A stretch of 24,778 bases of DNA from Thermotogota bacterium (GTDB lineage Bacteria > Thermotogota > Thermotogae > Petrotogales > Petrotogaceae): contig JBNJGY010000029.1 of the NCBI GenBank assembly GCA_051748045.1, forward strand, positions 1 to 24,778. The letters run 5' to 3'. A program made the position numbers and the translations under genes. Positions 1 to 8,659 of this stretch are shown here, one piece after another (the stretch's first letter is position 1; each line of letters begins with the position of its first letter). The notes beneath the pieces are model-generated. The model had not been told where the DNA came from and searched no databases. It saw only the letters and a program-made list of their open reading frames with translations.

Positions 1-1
1 T

Positions 2-457
2 ATTTATTATTTTAACAAAAATAATTGGATAAACCATAATAGCAAGATAATAGCTAAAGAATTCAAAATACATAAAGTAAATGAAAATATATTAAACAAA
101 AAATATGAAAATTTAGATTTTTTGTTAGAAGAGATTAAGCTGTGGTGGGATGATTTAGAGAATTTTTTAAATAGATCATATGGTTATATAGCTTCTCATA
201 ATAATAAAATAGTAAGTTATGCGTTAGGTGATTATTTAGTAGATAATATACATCTTATGGGAGTTGAAACACTAAAAGACTATAGAAAAAATGGATTATC
301 TCAAGCATGTTGTGAAGCTTTTATAAAAAATAGTTTGTCAAACAATATTACTCCAAGGTGGGAATGTATGAGTTCTAATATAGCTTCTCAAAAATTAGTA
401 GAAAAATTAGGTTTTAACAAATCAAAGATTTATAATCTATACTCTTTTCAAATTTAA
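2..457 (+). CDS. GNAT-family acetyltransferase (5'-truncated by window edge)
   Basis: The frame of ORF 122..457 stays open back to position 2 (IYYFNKNNW...NLDFLLEEI). It has acetyl-CoA motif A (GVETLKDYRKNGLS) and a C-terminal W-x-C...N-x-AS-x-KL-x-EKLGF typical of GNATs. Confidence 0.8.
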   Translation: MYYFNKNNWINHNSKIIAKEFKIHKVNENILNKKYENLDFLLEEIKLWWDDLENFLNRSYGYIASHNNKIVSYALGDYLVDNIHLMGVETLKDYRKNGLSQACCEAFIKNSLSNNITPRWECMSSNIASQKLVEKLGFNKSKIYNLYSFQI

Positions 458-473
458 ATAAGTCGGACTTATT
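457..473. promoter_or_regulatory. Perfect 17-bp palindrome AATAAGTC-G-GACTTATT, candidate operator (or weak terminator)
   Basis: 8-bp arms are exact reverse complements with a 1-nt spacer, immediately upstream of an extended -10 box. Confidence 0.45.
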
Positions 474-474
474 A

Positions 475-483
475 TGTTATAAT
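475..483 (+). promoter_or_regulatory. Extended -10 promoter element (TGtTATAAT) for the betaine-binding protein gene
   Basis: Exact TG-n-TATAAT, 38 nt before ATG 521, which has an AAGGAGGAG RBS. Confidence 0.55.
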
Positions 484-520
484 TAAAATGATTTCAAAAA
501 ATTACATAAGGAGGAGTTTT

Positions 521-1312
521 ATGAATAAAGTGGTGATAGGAGCTAAACCTTTTAATGAACAAAAAATACTAGTTAATATTATTTCTAAGATTTTAGAGAA
601 AGAAGGATTTAGTTCAGAAATAAAAATTAGTGAACCTGTTTTAGAAGCTAATTATAATTCTTTGATAAATAAAGAAATAGATTTTTATATAGAATACTCA
701 GGTACAATTTATAATGCTTTATATAATTTAGAAGAAATGGATGAATGGGATAATGAAGTTGTTATCAAAAAAGTTAGGGATAAATTAAAAGAAGATAATT
801 TAAAATTATTAACTGATTTAGATTATGAAAGTGGATTTGTTATTACTTCTAAAGATAAAATAGAAGATATTGATAATATTTCTAAATTATCAGAAAAAAG
901 TGAAAATTATATTTTTTCTTGTCCTGGGCCTTATATTACAAGAAAAGATGGGTTACCTGCATTAAATAAGTCATATAAATTAAAATTTAAGGATATTGTG
1001 CCTTATCAACCAGATAATATGTATAAAGCTCTTTTAAGGGAAGAAGTTGATTTTATAACAGGTTTTACTACAGATTCAAGAATTATAGAAAATGATTTAT
1101 TTTTATTAGAAGATGATAAAAAAGCTTTACCGCCTTACGAAGCTATAATAATTTCCAGAAATAATTTTCCTGAAAAATTAGAAAAAATTCTTAAATCGTT
1201 AAAGGGAAAATTTAATAATAAAATAATAAGAAAACTGAATTATATGTTTGATTATGAAAATAAAAATACTAATGAAATAGCAGATTATTTTATAAAAAAC
1301 ATGGTAGGCTAA
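521..1312 (+). CDS. Glycine betaine/choline-type ABC substrate-binding protein (OpuAC/OsmF-like), no signal peptide
   Basis: Motifs IGAKPFNEQKIL, FYIEYSGT, RKDGLPAL, TTDSRI and LEDDK-x-x-LPPY match the OpuBC/OpuCC/OsmF family. Start moved from 488 to ATG 521 because of the AAGGAGGAG RBS at 508-516. Confidence 0.85.
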   Translation: MNKVVIGAKPFNEQKILVNIISKILEKEGFSSEIKISEPVLEANYNSLINKEIDFYIEYSGTIYNALYNLEEMDEWDNEVVIKKVRDKLKEDNLKLLTDLDYESGFVITSKDKIEDIDNISKLSEKSENYIFSCPGPYITRKDGLPALNKSYKLKFKDIVPYQPDNMYKALLREEVDFITGFTTDSRIIENDLFLLEDDKKALPPYEAIIISRNNFPEKLEKILKSLKGKFNNKIIRKLNYMFDYENKNTNEIADYFIKNMVG

Positions 1313-1315
1313 GTT

Positions 1316-2077
1316 CTACCATGTTTTAATAGTAAATAAAGTACTTCCTGAACCAGACATTAAACAAAATTGGTTCGATTTTATTAATTTGTTTTTATTT
1401 TCATATATACTTGGATTTTCTGGAAGAACGACTTGTTCGAAAACATTAAATAAATTGTTTTGTATTCCAATTATATTTTTATTTTTTAAAGCTTTATATA
1501 GTTCATATGGGTTTCCATTATGAACTATATTATTCCAGTTTTGATCAATTTTTTCATACATCTTTTTTGTATTTATTTCAATTTTTTGAGGAAAAATATC
1601 TATAATTAAATCTAAAGGTTCTAAAAATTCTAGATCATTTCCAATGGATTTACCAATAGCTGTTCCATTAAAAATCATAAATGGAACATCAGCTCCTATT
1701 TTTGAGGCTATTTCTATAATATCATTATTTGAAATGTCATATTCTTCTTTTAAAAATTTCAAAACAGCAGCAGCATCTGCGGATCCCCCACCTAAGCCCC
1801 CACCTTGTGGTATATATTTTTCTAAAGATATATTAAGATTAAAGTTATAATTAGTTTCTTTTCTAAAAATATCAATTGTCTTTTTTATTATATTATTTTC
1901 CCAAGGTATTTTAAAATCAGATTGTGAAAAGAAGCTGTCCTTGTTTGAAAATTGTATATCTAACACATCATGCATTTTTACTGTATTAAAAAGGGTTAAT
2001 ATGTCATGATACCCATTTTTTCTTTTACCTATTACATCTAGATATAAATTTATTTTTGCGTAGGCTTTTATTTTCAT
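1316..2077 (-). CDS. ispE: 4-(cytidine 5'-diphospho)-2-C-methyl-D-erythritol kinase
   Basis: AYAKINLYL-x-V...GYH, IP-x-GGGLGGGSADAAA, GADVPF and MSGSGST motifs. Start set at ATG 2077, which overlaps the upstream stop (TAATG). Confidence 0.93.
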   Translation of the reverse strand: MKIKAYAKINLYLDVIGKRKNGYHDILTLFNTVKMHDVLDIQFSNKDSFFSQSDFKIPWENNIIKKTIDIFRKETNYNFNLNISLEKYIPQGGGLGGGSADAAAVLKFLKEEYDISNNDIIEIASKIGADVPFMIFNGTAIGKSIGNDLEFLEPLDLIIDIFPQKIEINTKKMYEKIDQNWNNIVHNGNPYELYKALKNKNIIGIQNNLFNVFEQVVLPENPSIYENKNKLIKSNQFCLMSGSGSTLFTIKTW

Positions 2078-2682
2078 TATTCTTCCACAATCGGAACTTC
2101 TAAAGCTTTTAAGGAGACTATTGACCAAGTTTCCATTTTTGAAATATTTTGTTTTATTATTTCAGAGGGTAAAAGCCATTCATTCTCAAAATTTTCCTTT
2201 TCATTTATTTCAGCATCATTTACTTTTGCTAAAAATAAAATTCCCATGTGAACTCTAGAAACGGAATTAGAATTATCATAAATAATTCCTATATATTCTA
2301 ATTTGTTTAATTTATGTACAATCAATTCTTCATTTATCTCTCTATTTAATCCGTTAAAGAAAGTCATTTCAGAAGATTCTACTTCTTTATCTATTGGATT
2401 AATATGACCACCTATTCCAACTGATATTTTGTCATGAAGTCTTTTTTCAGATTGTTTTTTTGTTCTCTTTACCACTAATATTTCACCTGTTTCTTTTTGA
2501 AAGACAACATAAGGGATTATTTGTCTTAAGGATTCATCATTTTCTACTTCTTCTCTTTTTTTAAAATATGAGTTTTCGAAAATTTTGTTTAATTCTACAA
2601 AGGGAATGTTATTGAACTCTTTCAAGTTTCCGAAATTATTTTCAATTAATTCTGTTGGACATACCCAAACTTTTTCAGACAA
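2077..2682 (-). CDS. NUDIX-family phosphoesterase (COG4112/YmaB-like)
   Basis: R-x-E-x-E-x-D...RQIIPYVV, EKRLH-x-KISVGIGGHIN, REINEEL Nudix box, VSRVH-x-G and ME-x-WS. TTG start with GGAGG RBS. Confidence 0.8.
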   Translation of the reverse strand: MSEKVWVCPTELIENNFGNLKEFNNIPFVELNKIFENSYFKKREEVENDESLRQIIPYVVFQKETGEILVVKRTKKQSEKRLHDKISVGIGGHINPIDKEVESSEMTFFNGLNREINEELIVHKLNKLEYIGIIYDNSNSVSRVHMGILFLAKVNDAEINEKENFENEWLLPSEIIKQNISKMETWSIVSLKALEVPIVEE

Positions 2683-3213
2683 TTAAATTACCTCCACAGT
2701 TATGTTGTTGTTTGTATAAATACAAATTTCTCCAGCAATTAGAAGAGATTGTCTTGCTATTTCTTCAGCTTCCATATCAGCAAATCTTGTTAGAGCTTTT
2801 GCTGCAGCTTGAGCATATGCTCCTCCACTCCCAATTGCTAATATATCTTCTTCAGGTTCCATAACTTCACCGTTTCCTGAAATCAAGAGTAAATGTTCTT
2901 TATCTGCAACCATAAGCATAGCTTCTAGTTTTCTTAAAGCTTTATCCATTCTCCAATCTTTTGTTAATTCAATGGCAGCTTTCAATAAATTGCCATTTGC
3001 TGCTCTGTATTTCCCTTCAAATCTTTCATATAAGGCAAATGCATCTGCTACTGAACCTGCAAATCCAGAGATAACATTACCATTTCCAAGTCTTCTAACT
3101 TTTTTTGCTGTTCCTTTAAAAATTGTGTTTCCTAAAGTAACTTGTCCGTCTCCTGCAATTACAGTTTTTCCATTTTTTCTTACACCTACAATTGTTGTTC
3201 CTTCTAATTTCAT
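2683..3213 (-). CDS. hslV: ATP-dependent protease peptidase subunit HslV (ClpQ)
   Basis: Short propeptide then catalytic [25 protein letters not shown]-x-LRKLEA, AIGSGG and ICIYTN. Confidence 0.97.
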   Translation of the reverse strand: MKLEGTTIVGVRKNGKTVIAGDGQVTLGNTIFKGTAKKVRRLGNGNVISGFAGSVADAFALYERFEGKYRAANGNLLKAAIELTKDWRMDKALRKLEAMLMVADKEHLLLISGNGEVMEPEEDILAIGSGGAYAQAAAKALTRFADMEAEEIARQSLLIAGEICIYTNNNITVEVI

Positions 3214-3224
3214 CTAAATCACCT

Positions 3225-4112
3225 CTATTGTTGTAAATGATTGTTTATAAAAATTTCTATCAAATCATCAAAATTTATTCCATATGCTTTAGCTGAGAAA
3301 GGAAGATCACTTAGTTTTGTCATTCCTGGTACAGTATTTACTTCTAATATATATATTTCATTATTTTTGATAATTAAGTCTATTCTGAGCATATCTCTGA
3401 AAGTCAATATATCATTTAAAATATTAAAAATATTCTTAAACTCATTATCATATTTTTTATGTATATCTTTATTTATTTTTAGTTCAGATTTTCCTTCAGT
3501 GTATTTTGCTATATAATCATAAAATTCATTTTTTGGAATTATTTCTAGTAAAGGAAGAATAATAAATTTTCCTTTATTTTCTATTATTGATAAAGTAAAT
3601 TCTCTTCCTTCTATATATTCTTGAATTAATACATCTCCAAAAAATTCTAAATTTTGCTTTAAATATTTATTATAATCTTCTTTATTATGAACTATATATA
3701 CTCCTTTACTAGAACCGCCTTTTCTTGGTTTTAGAACTAAAGGGAAATCAAAAGGGTTATCAACATACTCATTTACTTTTATTATTTTTGGTATTTTTAT
3801 TTTTTTATAAAAAAGCTTATAAAATAAATATTTATCAAAACAAACACTACATGTTTCTGATGGAGAAGAAGTATATTTTTTATTGAATAAATCTAAATAT
3901 CCTTGAATTTTACCGTCTTCACCATATTCACCATGAATCATGTTCAAAATTAAATCTTTATCTATTATCTTTTCATGAAGATTAATATCAGAACTTTCGA
4001 ATACTTCATATTCGACATTTAATTTTTTTAAACTATTTTCTGCATTTTCTAAACTCCTAAGTGAAATTTCTTTTTCCTTAGAATTGCCTCCATAGATTAC
4101 ACCTATTTTCAA
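3225..4112 (-). CDS. ddl: D-alanine--D-alanine ligase
   Basis: GG-x-S-x-E-x-EISL-x-S, HG-x-x-GEDG-x-IQG, KP-x-x-GGSS-x-GV, FYDY-x-AKY and LEVNTVPGMT. TTG start overlaps the topA stop. Confidence 0.93.
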   Translation of the reverse strand: MKIGVIYGGNSKEKEISLRSLENAENSLKKLNVEYEVFESSDINLHEKIIDKDLILNMIHGEYGEDGKIQGYLDLFNKKYTSSPSETCSVCFDKYLFYKLFYKKIKIPKIIKVNEYVDNPFDFPLVLKPRKGGSSKGVYIVHNKEDYNKYLKQNLEFFGDVLIQEYIEGREFTLSIIENKGKFIILPLLEIIPKNEFYDYIAKYTEGKSELKINKDIHKKYDNEFKNIFNILNDILTFRDMLRIDLIIKNNEIYILEVNTVPGMTKLSDLPFSAKAYGINFDDLIEIFINNHLQQ

Positions 4113-6370
4113 TCTTCTTCTATCTCCTCTTTGTCAAAAAATGCTTTTGTTTTAGGATTATATAATTTTTCTTCTTTTTGTTTAAATTTGTAGAATAAAG
4201 GGTCACCAGTATCTGGGTCATTGTACCCAGAAGGTTCATTCCAGAACATTTCTCCACAGTCTTTATTTGTACATTTAAAATATATCTTTCCTTTTTTGCT
4301 TTTATTTTTTCCAACTTCTGAACCACAGATAGGGCAATTACCTCTTGCTGGAACAGATTTTGTAAATTTACAATCTGGATAGTTTGAACAAGCAATAAAT
4401 TCTCCAAATCTTCCTTTTTTAAGAACCAGTTCGGATCCACATTTTGGACACTTTTCTCCAATCTCAACATTGTTATTTTCTTTAAAGTCTTTTAAGAATT
4501 CAGAGATATGTAATTTATTATTTAAAGTTATTCCATATGCATAAAATGGAATTTTTTGAGTTTCTTTACATTTTTCTTCGTCACAAGCTAAATAAAAACC
4601 ATATCTTCCAAATTTTAATTCCATATTTTTATCGCATTTCGAGCATTTAACATCACTTTCATAGTTTATATCTAAATTCTCTTCTTTAATTTTTTTCTCA
4701 GCTTGATCCAAAAATTCGCTAAAGTCTTCATAGAACTCATTCAATACTTTTGTTGAACTATTTTCGCCTTCTTCAATTTCATCTAAATCTTTTTCCATTC
4801 TAGCAGTAAATTTTATATCTACTATTTCAGGGAAATTATTTTCTATAAAGTCATTTACTATGAAGCCTGCTATAGTGGGTCTTAAATATTTTTTTTCAAA
4901 TTTATTAACGTATTTTCTGTTTATTAAAGTACTTATTATGGTTGAATAAGTTGATGGTCTTCCTACACCATTTGATTCTAATTCTTTTACTATTGTTGCT
5001 TCAGAAAATCTTGCAGGCGGAGTAGTTTCTTTTTGTTCAGTTTTTAAATATTTTTTATCCACTATTTCACTATTAGACATTTCAAATTCAACTTCTGAGT
5101 TTCCATACTTCCAGAATTTTTCAAAACCATCAAAAATTCTTTTTTTAGATGTTATTTCAAAATCATATTTTTTATTTTCATCAGATATAATATATTTGGT
5201 TTCATCATAAACAGATGAAGATGTTTGAGAAGCCATAAATCTATTCCAAATTAATTTATATAGTTTTAGATAATCGCCTTTTAATAATGAATTAGATTTT
5301 TTATCATCTATAAAGATATTAGTGGGTCTTATAGCTTCATGAGCATCTTGAGTTTTTTGTTTTGTTTTCTTTTGTGAATATTTACCAGAATATTTTTCTC
5401 CAAAATTATCTTTTAAATATTTTTTTGCAGCATTTTGAGCATCAGCGGATATTCTTGTTGAATCTGTTCTCATATATGTAATGAATGCTATGTGTCCTTC
5501 AGAAGTATCCATTCCTTCATAAAGTTTTTGAGCTATTTGCATAGTTTTTTTTGAGGTCCAACCTAAGTAGTTTATTGCTGCTTGCTGAAGAGTACTTGTT
5601 ATAAAAGGAGTTGGTTGTTTTCTTTTATTTTTCTTTGTTTTTGTATCTTTTAAAGATATTTCTTTTCCTTTTAAATAGTCTATAATATAATCTTTTTTAT
5701 CTTTATCTATATTTTCTTGTTTTAGTCTTTTTCCATCTTCTCTCACCAATGGAATTTTTTGCTCTTTGTAATCTAGAAAAATTTTGAAAAATTCTTTTGG
5801 TTTAAATTTAAAGATTTCTCTTTCTCTATCTATCATTACTTTTAATGCTGCTGATTGTACTCTTCCTGCGCTTGTTTTATAATTTTTCAAAACTTTCCAT
5901 ACTAAAGGACTTACTTTGTATCCAACAACTCTGTCTAAAATTCTTCTTGCTAATTGGGCATCTACTTTATTCAAATCGATTTTTTGTGGTTCTTGTACAG
6001 ATTCATTTATTGTATTTTTGGTTATTTCAGAAAAAATTATTCTGTTATTTTCTTCTTCTTTTAATTTCAAAATATTAGCCAAGTGCCAAGCTATAGCTTC
6101 ACCTTCTCTATCCATATCAGAAGCTAATAAAACTTTTTTGTTTTTAACTTTCTTTTTTATTTCAGTAATAACTTTTTTCTTACCTGGCATTATTTCAAAT
6201 TCAGGTTCAAAGTTATTTTCTAAATCAACCCCAAAAGATTTTTTAGGTAGATCTCTAATATGTCCTTTAGAGGCTATTACCTCATAGTCTTTTCCTAAAT
6301 ACCTTTCTATTGTTTTTGCTTTGGCTGGAGATTCTACTATTACTACATATTTTGAATTTTTAGCTGGCAT
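4109..6370 (-). CDS. topA: DNA topoisomerase I (type IA) with C-terminal C4 zinc ribbons
   Basis: IVESPAKAKTI, GHIRDLP, D-x-DREGEAIAWH, SAGRVQS, catalytic ITYMRTDS, QDAHEAIRPT, GVGRPSTY and three C-x2-C...C-x4/5-C ribbons. Confidence 0.98.
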   Translation of the reverse strand: MPAKNSKYVVIVESPAKAKTIERYLGKDYEVIASKGHIRDLPKKSFGVDLENNFEPEFEIMPGKKKVITEIKKKVKNKKVLLASDMDREGEAIAWHLANILKLKEEENNRIIFSEITKNTINESVQEPQKIDLNKVDAQLARRILDRVVGYKVSPLVWKVLKNYKTSAGRVQSAALKVMIDREREIFKFKPKEFFKIFLDYKEQKIPLVREDGKRLKQENIDKDKKDYIIDYLKGKEISLKDTKTKKNKRKQPTPFITSTLQQAAINYLGWTSKKTMQIAQKLYEGMDTSEGHIAFITYMRTDSTRISADAQNAAKKYLKDNFGEKYSGKYSQKKTKQKTQDAHEAIRPTNIFIDDKKSNSLLKGDYLKLYKLIWNRFMASQTSSSVYDETKYIISDENKKYDFEITSKKRIFDGFEKFWKYGNSEVEFEMSNSEIVDKKYLKTEQKETTPPARFSEATIVKELESNGVGRPSTYSTIISTLINRKYVNKFEKKYLRPTIAGFIVNDFIENNFPEIVDIKFTARMEKDLDEIEEGENSSTKVLNEFYEDFSEFLDQAEKKIKEENLDINYESDVKCSKCDKNMELKFGRYGFYLACDEEKCKETQKIPFYAYGITLNNKLHISEFLKDFKENNNVEIGEKCPKCGSELVLKKGRFGEFIACSNYPDCKFTKSVPARGNCPICGSEVGKNKSKKGKIYFKCTNKDCGEMFWNEPSGYNDPDTGDPLFYKFKQKEEKLYNPKTKAFFDKEEIEED

Positions 6371-6386
6371 TAAATAATCCTCCTAA

Positions 6387-7415
6387 CTATTGTATTTTAA
6401 ATTTTCTACCGAGTCGTTTTTCGAAATTTGTCCATTTAGATTCAGAGTTTTCATTCAAAGATTCTGTTATTGTTTGATTTACTTGAATTAATTTTGAATC
6501 AATATTATCTGCAAAATGGACTATCATAGATTCCATAGTTTTTGGTAAAATTGGTGAGCCATACTCCAATTCTCCATGATGAGACAAAATAATATGATAT
6601 ATATGATTTTTAATTTCTTCTGAAATATTTTCAAAAAATGACTCTAATATTGATATCCCAAGATTCATATGTCCAATCATTTCGCCAACTTCAGTTTTAT
6701 CTATTCCTGCTTTTGTTGTTTTATATTCTTTTATCTTACCTATATCATGTAACAGCGAACCTGCAATTAGAATATCTTTATTAACTTTATAATCATTATA
6801 ATTTTCACTAATTTTTAAAGAGAGCTCTGTCACGTTTAGTGAGTGATCCAAAAGACCATGTTTATATGCGTGATGAATTGACATAGCAGCAGGTGCTTTT
6901 TGGTATTGTTTAGATACTAATGAATTTAATAAAATATTTTTAAGTATTTCTTTTAATTTTATATCTTCTATTTGTTCAATAAGACTTTTCAGTTTTTCCA
7001 TTAAATTATTTATACTTTTATTACTTTGAGAAATATATTTATCTGTTTGTATTTCTTCATAAGCTACTTTTTTTATAGAGTTTTCTTTTTTATCTATATT
7101 AATTTGAAGTCTATTCTCAAAAACAACTATTTTACCTTTTACGCTTATAATATCTCCTATTACTAATTTTTCATTTTTTTCAGGATTAAACCAATCAATA
7201 CCCCTTAATGATCCTGTTTTGTCTGCAATAGTGATAAGTAAAAATGATTTTCCATCTTTCGTGTTCTGAGTTCTTTTGCTGATTAATTTGCCTTGAATTT
7301 CAACATTTTGACCTGGTTCTAATTCGTTAATAAGATTTATTTTCTCATATATAAAATCATTATTATTATTCGAATTATTTAGCATTTCTCCTAAAGAAAT
7401 TTCTTCATTGTTCAA
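6387..7415 (-). CDS. yhaM: 3'-5' exoribonuclease YhaM family (OB-fold + HD domain)
   Basis: N-terminal OB fold (ADKTG, VKGK...NRLQINI), PAA-x-x-IHHAY-x-x-GLL-x-HS, LLHDIGK, ILSHHG-x-LEYGSP and HFADNIDS. TTG start with AAGGAGG RBS. Confidence 0.88.
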   Translation of the reverse strand: MNNEEISLGEMLNNSNNNNDFIYEKINLINELEPGQNVEIQGKLISKRTQNTKDGKSFLLITIADKTGSLRGIDWFNPEKNEKLVIGDIISVKGKIVVFENRLQINIDKKENSIKKVAYEEIQTDKYISQSNKSINNLMEKLKSLIEQIEDIKLKEILKNILLNSLVSKQYQKAPAAMSIHHAYKHGLLDHSLNVTELSLKISENYNDYKVNKDILIAGSLLHDIGKIKEYKTTKAGIDKTEVGEMIGHMNLGISILESFFENISEEIKNHIYHIILSHHGELEYGSPILPKTMESMIVHFADNIDSKLIQVNQTITESLNENSESKWTNFEKRLGRKFKIQ

Positions 7416-8526
7416 TATAAGAACCTCCTTTTATAAATACCCTTTTAACTCTTTTTGATATTCCACAAGTAATTTCATAATTAATTGTTTGAGCTAAGCT
7501 GGCAAGATATTCTGCTGATGGCTTATCACCAAAAAGAATTACTTCATCTCCAACCATTATATCATCATTAGTTATTTCAGCAACAATTTGGTCCATAGAA
7601 ACATTTCCTATTACTTTATATAAATTGTTTTTAATCATCACATGACACTTATTTGATAATATTCTTGGGTATCCATCAGCGTATCCAAGTGGGATAATTC
7701 CAGTTTTAATATTTTTATCTATAATATGAGTTCTACCATAACCTATAGTGTCACCTTTTTTACATTTATTTATTTTAGCTATTATACTTTTAAATTTCAT
7801 AACAGGTTTTAAATTATCATCTTTCTTTATATTTGAAGGTTGAAGCCCAAAGCTGGCTATACCTGGCCTTACTAAGTCTAAACTTCTTTCTGGGTAAAAA
7901 ATACTTGCTGCTGAATTTGACATATGTTTAAACATATAATCTATATTTGATTTGTCTATATATTTTATTAACTCTAAAAAATGATTATATTGTTTATCAA
8001 CAAAATCATCTAAGCTGTCAGCTGTAGCATAATGAGAATAAATTCCTTCAATTGTAATATTTTCTTTCTTTATAATTTTTATAATTTTATCTATTTCAAC
8101 ATCTAATATACCTATTCTATTAATACCAGTATTGAAATTTAAATGGAATTTATATTTATGAATATCTTTATCAAGTACTTCTATTAAATTATTTAGATTA
8201 TCTAGTGAATGTATTGTTGGTATTAAAAAATCACTAAAATTTGAAAATTTTTTTAGTGATTTTGGATTTATGTAATTAAATATGAGTATTGGTTTTTTGA
8301 TTCCATTTTCTATTAACTGAATTGCTTCCTCTAAAAAGGCAACAGCGAATCTATCATAACCTTCTTTTATAGCATTTTTAGCAAGAATAATTTTGTCATG
8401 TCCATATGCATCTGCTTTTAAAACTGGCATTACTTTAGTATTTGTTTTTTTTGATATATAATCTAAATTATGTAGATAGTTGTCTATATTTATTTCTGCA
8501 TAAGTATCTCTTGAATCAATAAACAT
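7405..8526 (-). CDS. alr: Alanine racemase
   Basis: VLKADAYGH (PLP lysine), SHYATAD, H-x-x-NSAA, VRPG, IGYG (second catalytic Tyr), GYADGYPR, VSMDQ and TINYEI. Start set at ATG 8526 by the AGGAGGG RBS. Confidence 0.93.
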   Translation of the reverse strand: MFIDSRDTYAEINIDNYLHNLDYISKKTNTKVMPVLKADAYGHDKIILAKNAIKEGYDRFAVAFLEEAIQLIENGIKKPILIFNYINPKSLKKFSNFSDFLIPTIHSLDNLNNLIEVLDKDIHKYKFHLNFNTGINRIGILDVEIDKIIKIIKKENITIEGIYSHYATADSLDDFVDKQYNHFLELIKYIDKSNIDYMFKHMSNSAASIFYPERSLDLVRPGIASFGLQPSNIKKDDNLKPVMKFKSIIAKINKCKKGDTIGYGRTHIIDKNIKTGIIPLGYADGYPRILSNKCHVMIKNNLYKVIGNVSMDQIVAEITNDDIMVGDEVILFGDKPSAEYLASLAQTINYEITCGISKRVKRVFIKGGSYIEQ

Positions 8527-8618
8527 TTTATCCCTCCTGATTTTTTCTATATCCATTATAACCCAAAAAAACATATTAATGAAAATAGTAAAAAAGAAAA
8601 TATATAAGTTTATGTATG

Positions 8619-8627
8619 TGTTATAAT
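8619..8627 (+). promoter_or_regulatory. Extended -10 element (TGtTATAAT) for the M32 carboxypeptidase gene
   Basis: Exact TG-n-TATAAT 33 nt before ATG 8660, with an AGGGGG RBS between them. Confidence 0.5.
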
Positions 8628-8659
8628 ATTTTTATAATAATTTAATAGGGGGTATTTAA

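Noticed and set aside
3225-4112. Possible D-Ala-D-Lac (vancomycin-resistance) ligase
   Set aside because: The omega loop keeps Tyr (YDY-x-AKY), as in D-Ala-D-Ala ligases, and no vanH/vanX is nearby.
1644-6287. Plus-strand ORFs 1644..1850, 2655..2864, 2972..3217, 3241..3516, 5845..6078, 5916..6287 and minus-strand 4120..4470
   Set aside because: Antisense or alternate-frame shadows of ispE, hslV, ddl and topA, with no recognisable motifs or RBS.
488-8574. Longer starts in the ORF track (488, 2128, 8574; likewise 15000 and 20597)
   Set aside because: Downstream ATGs have better RBS spacing and match family N-termini; the extensions overlap promoters or neighbouring genes.
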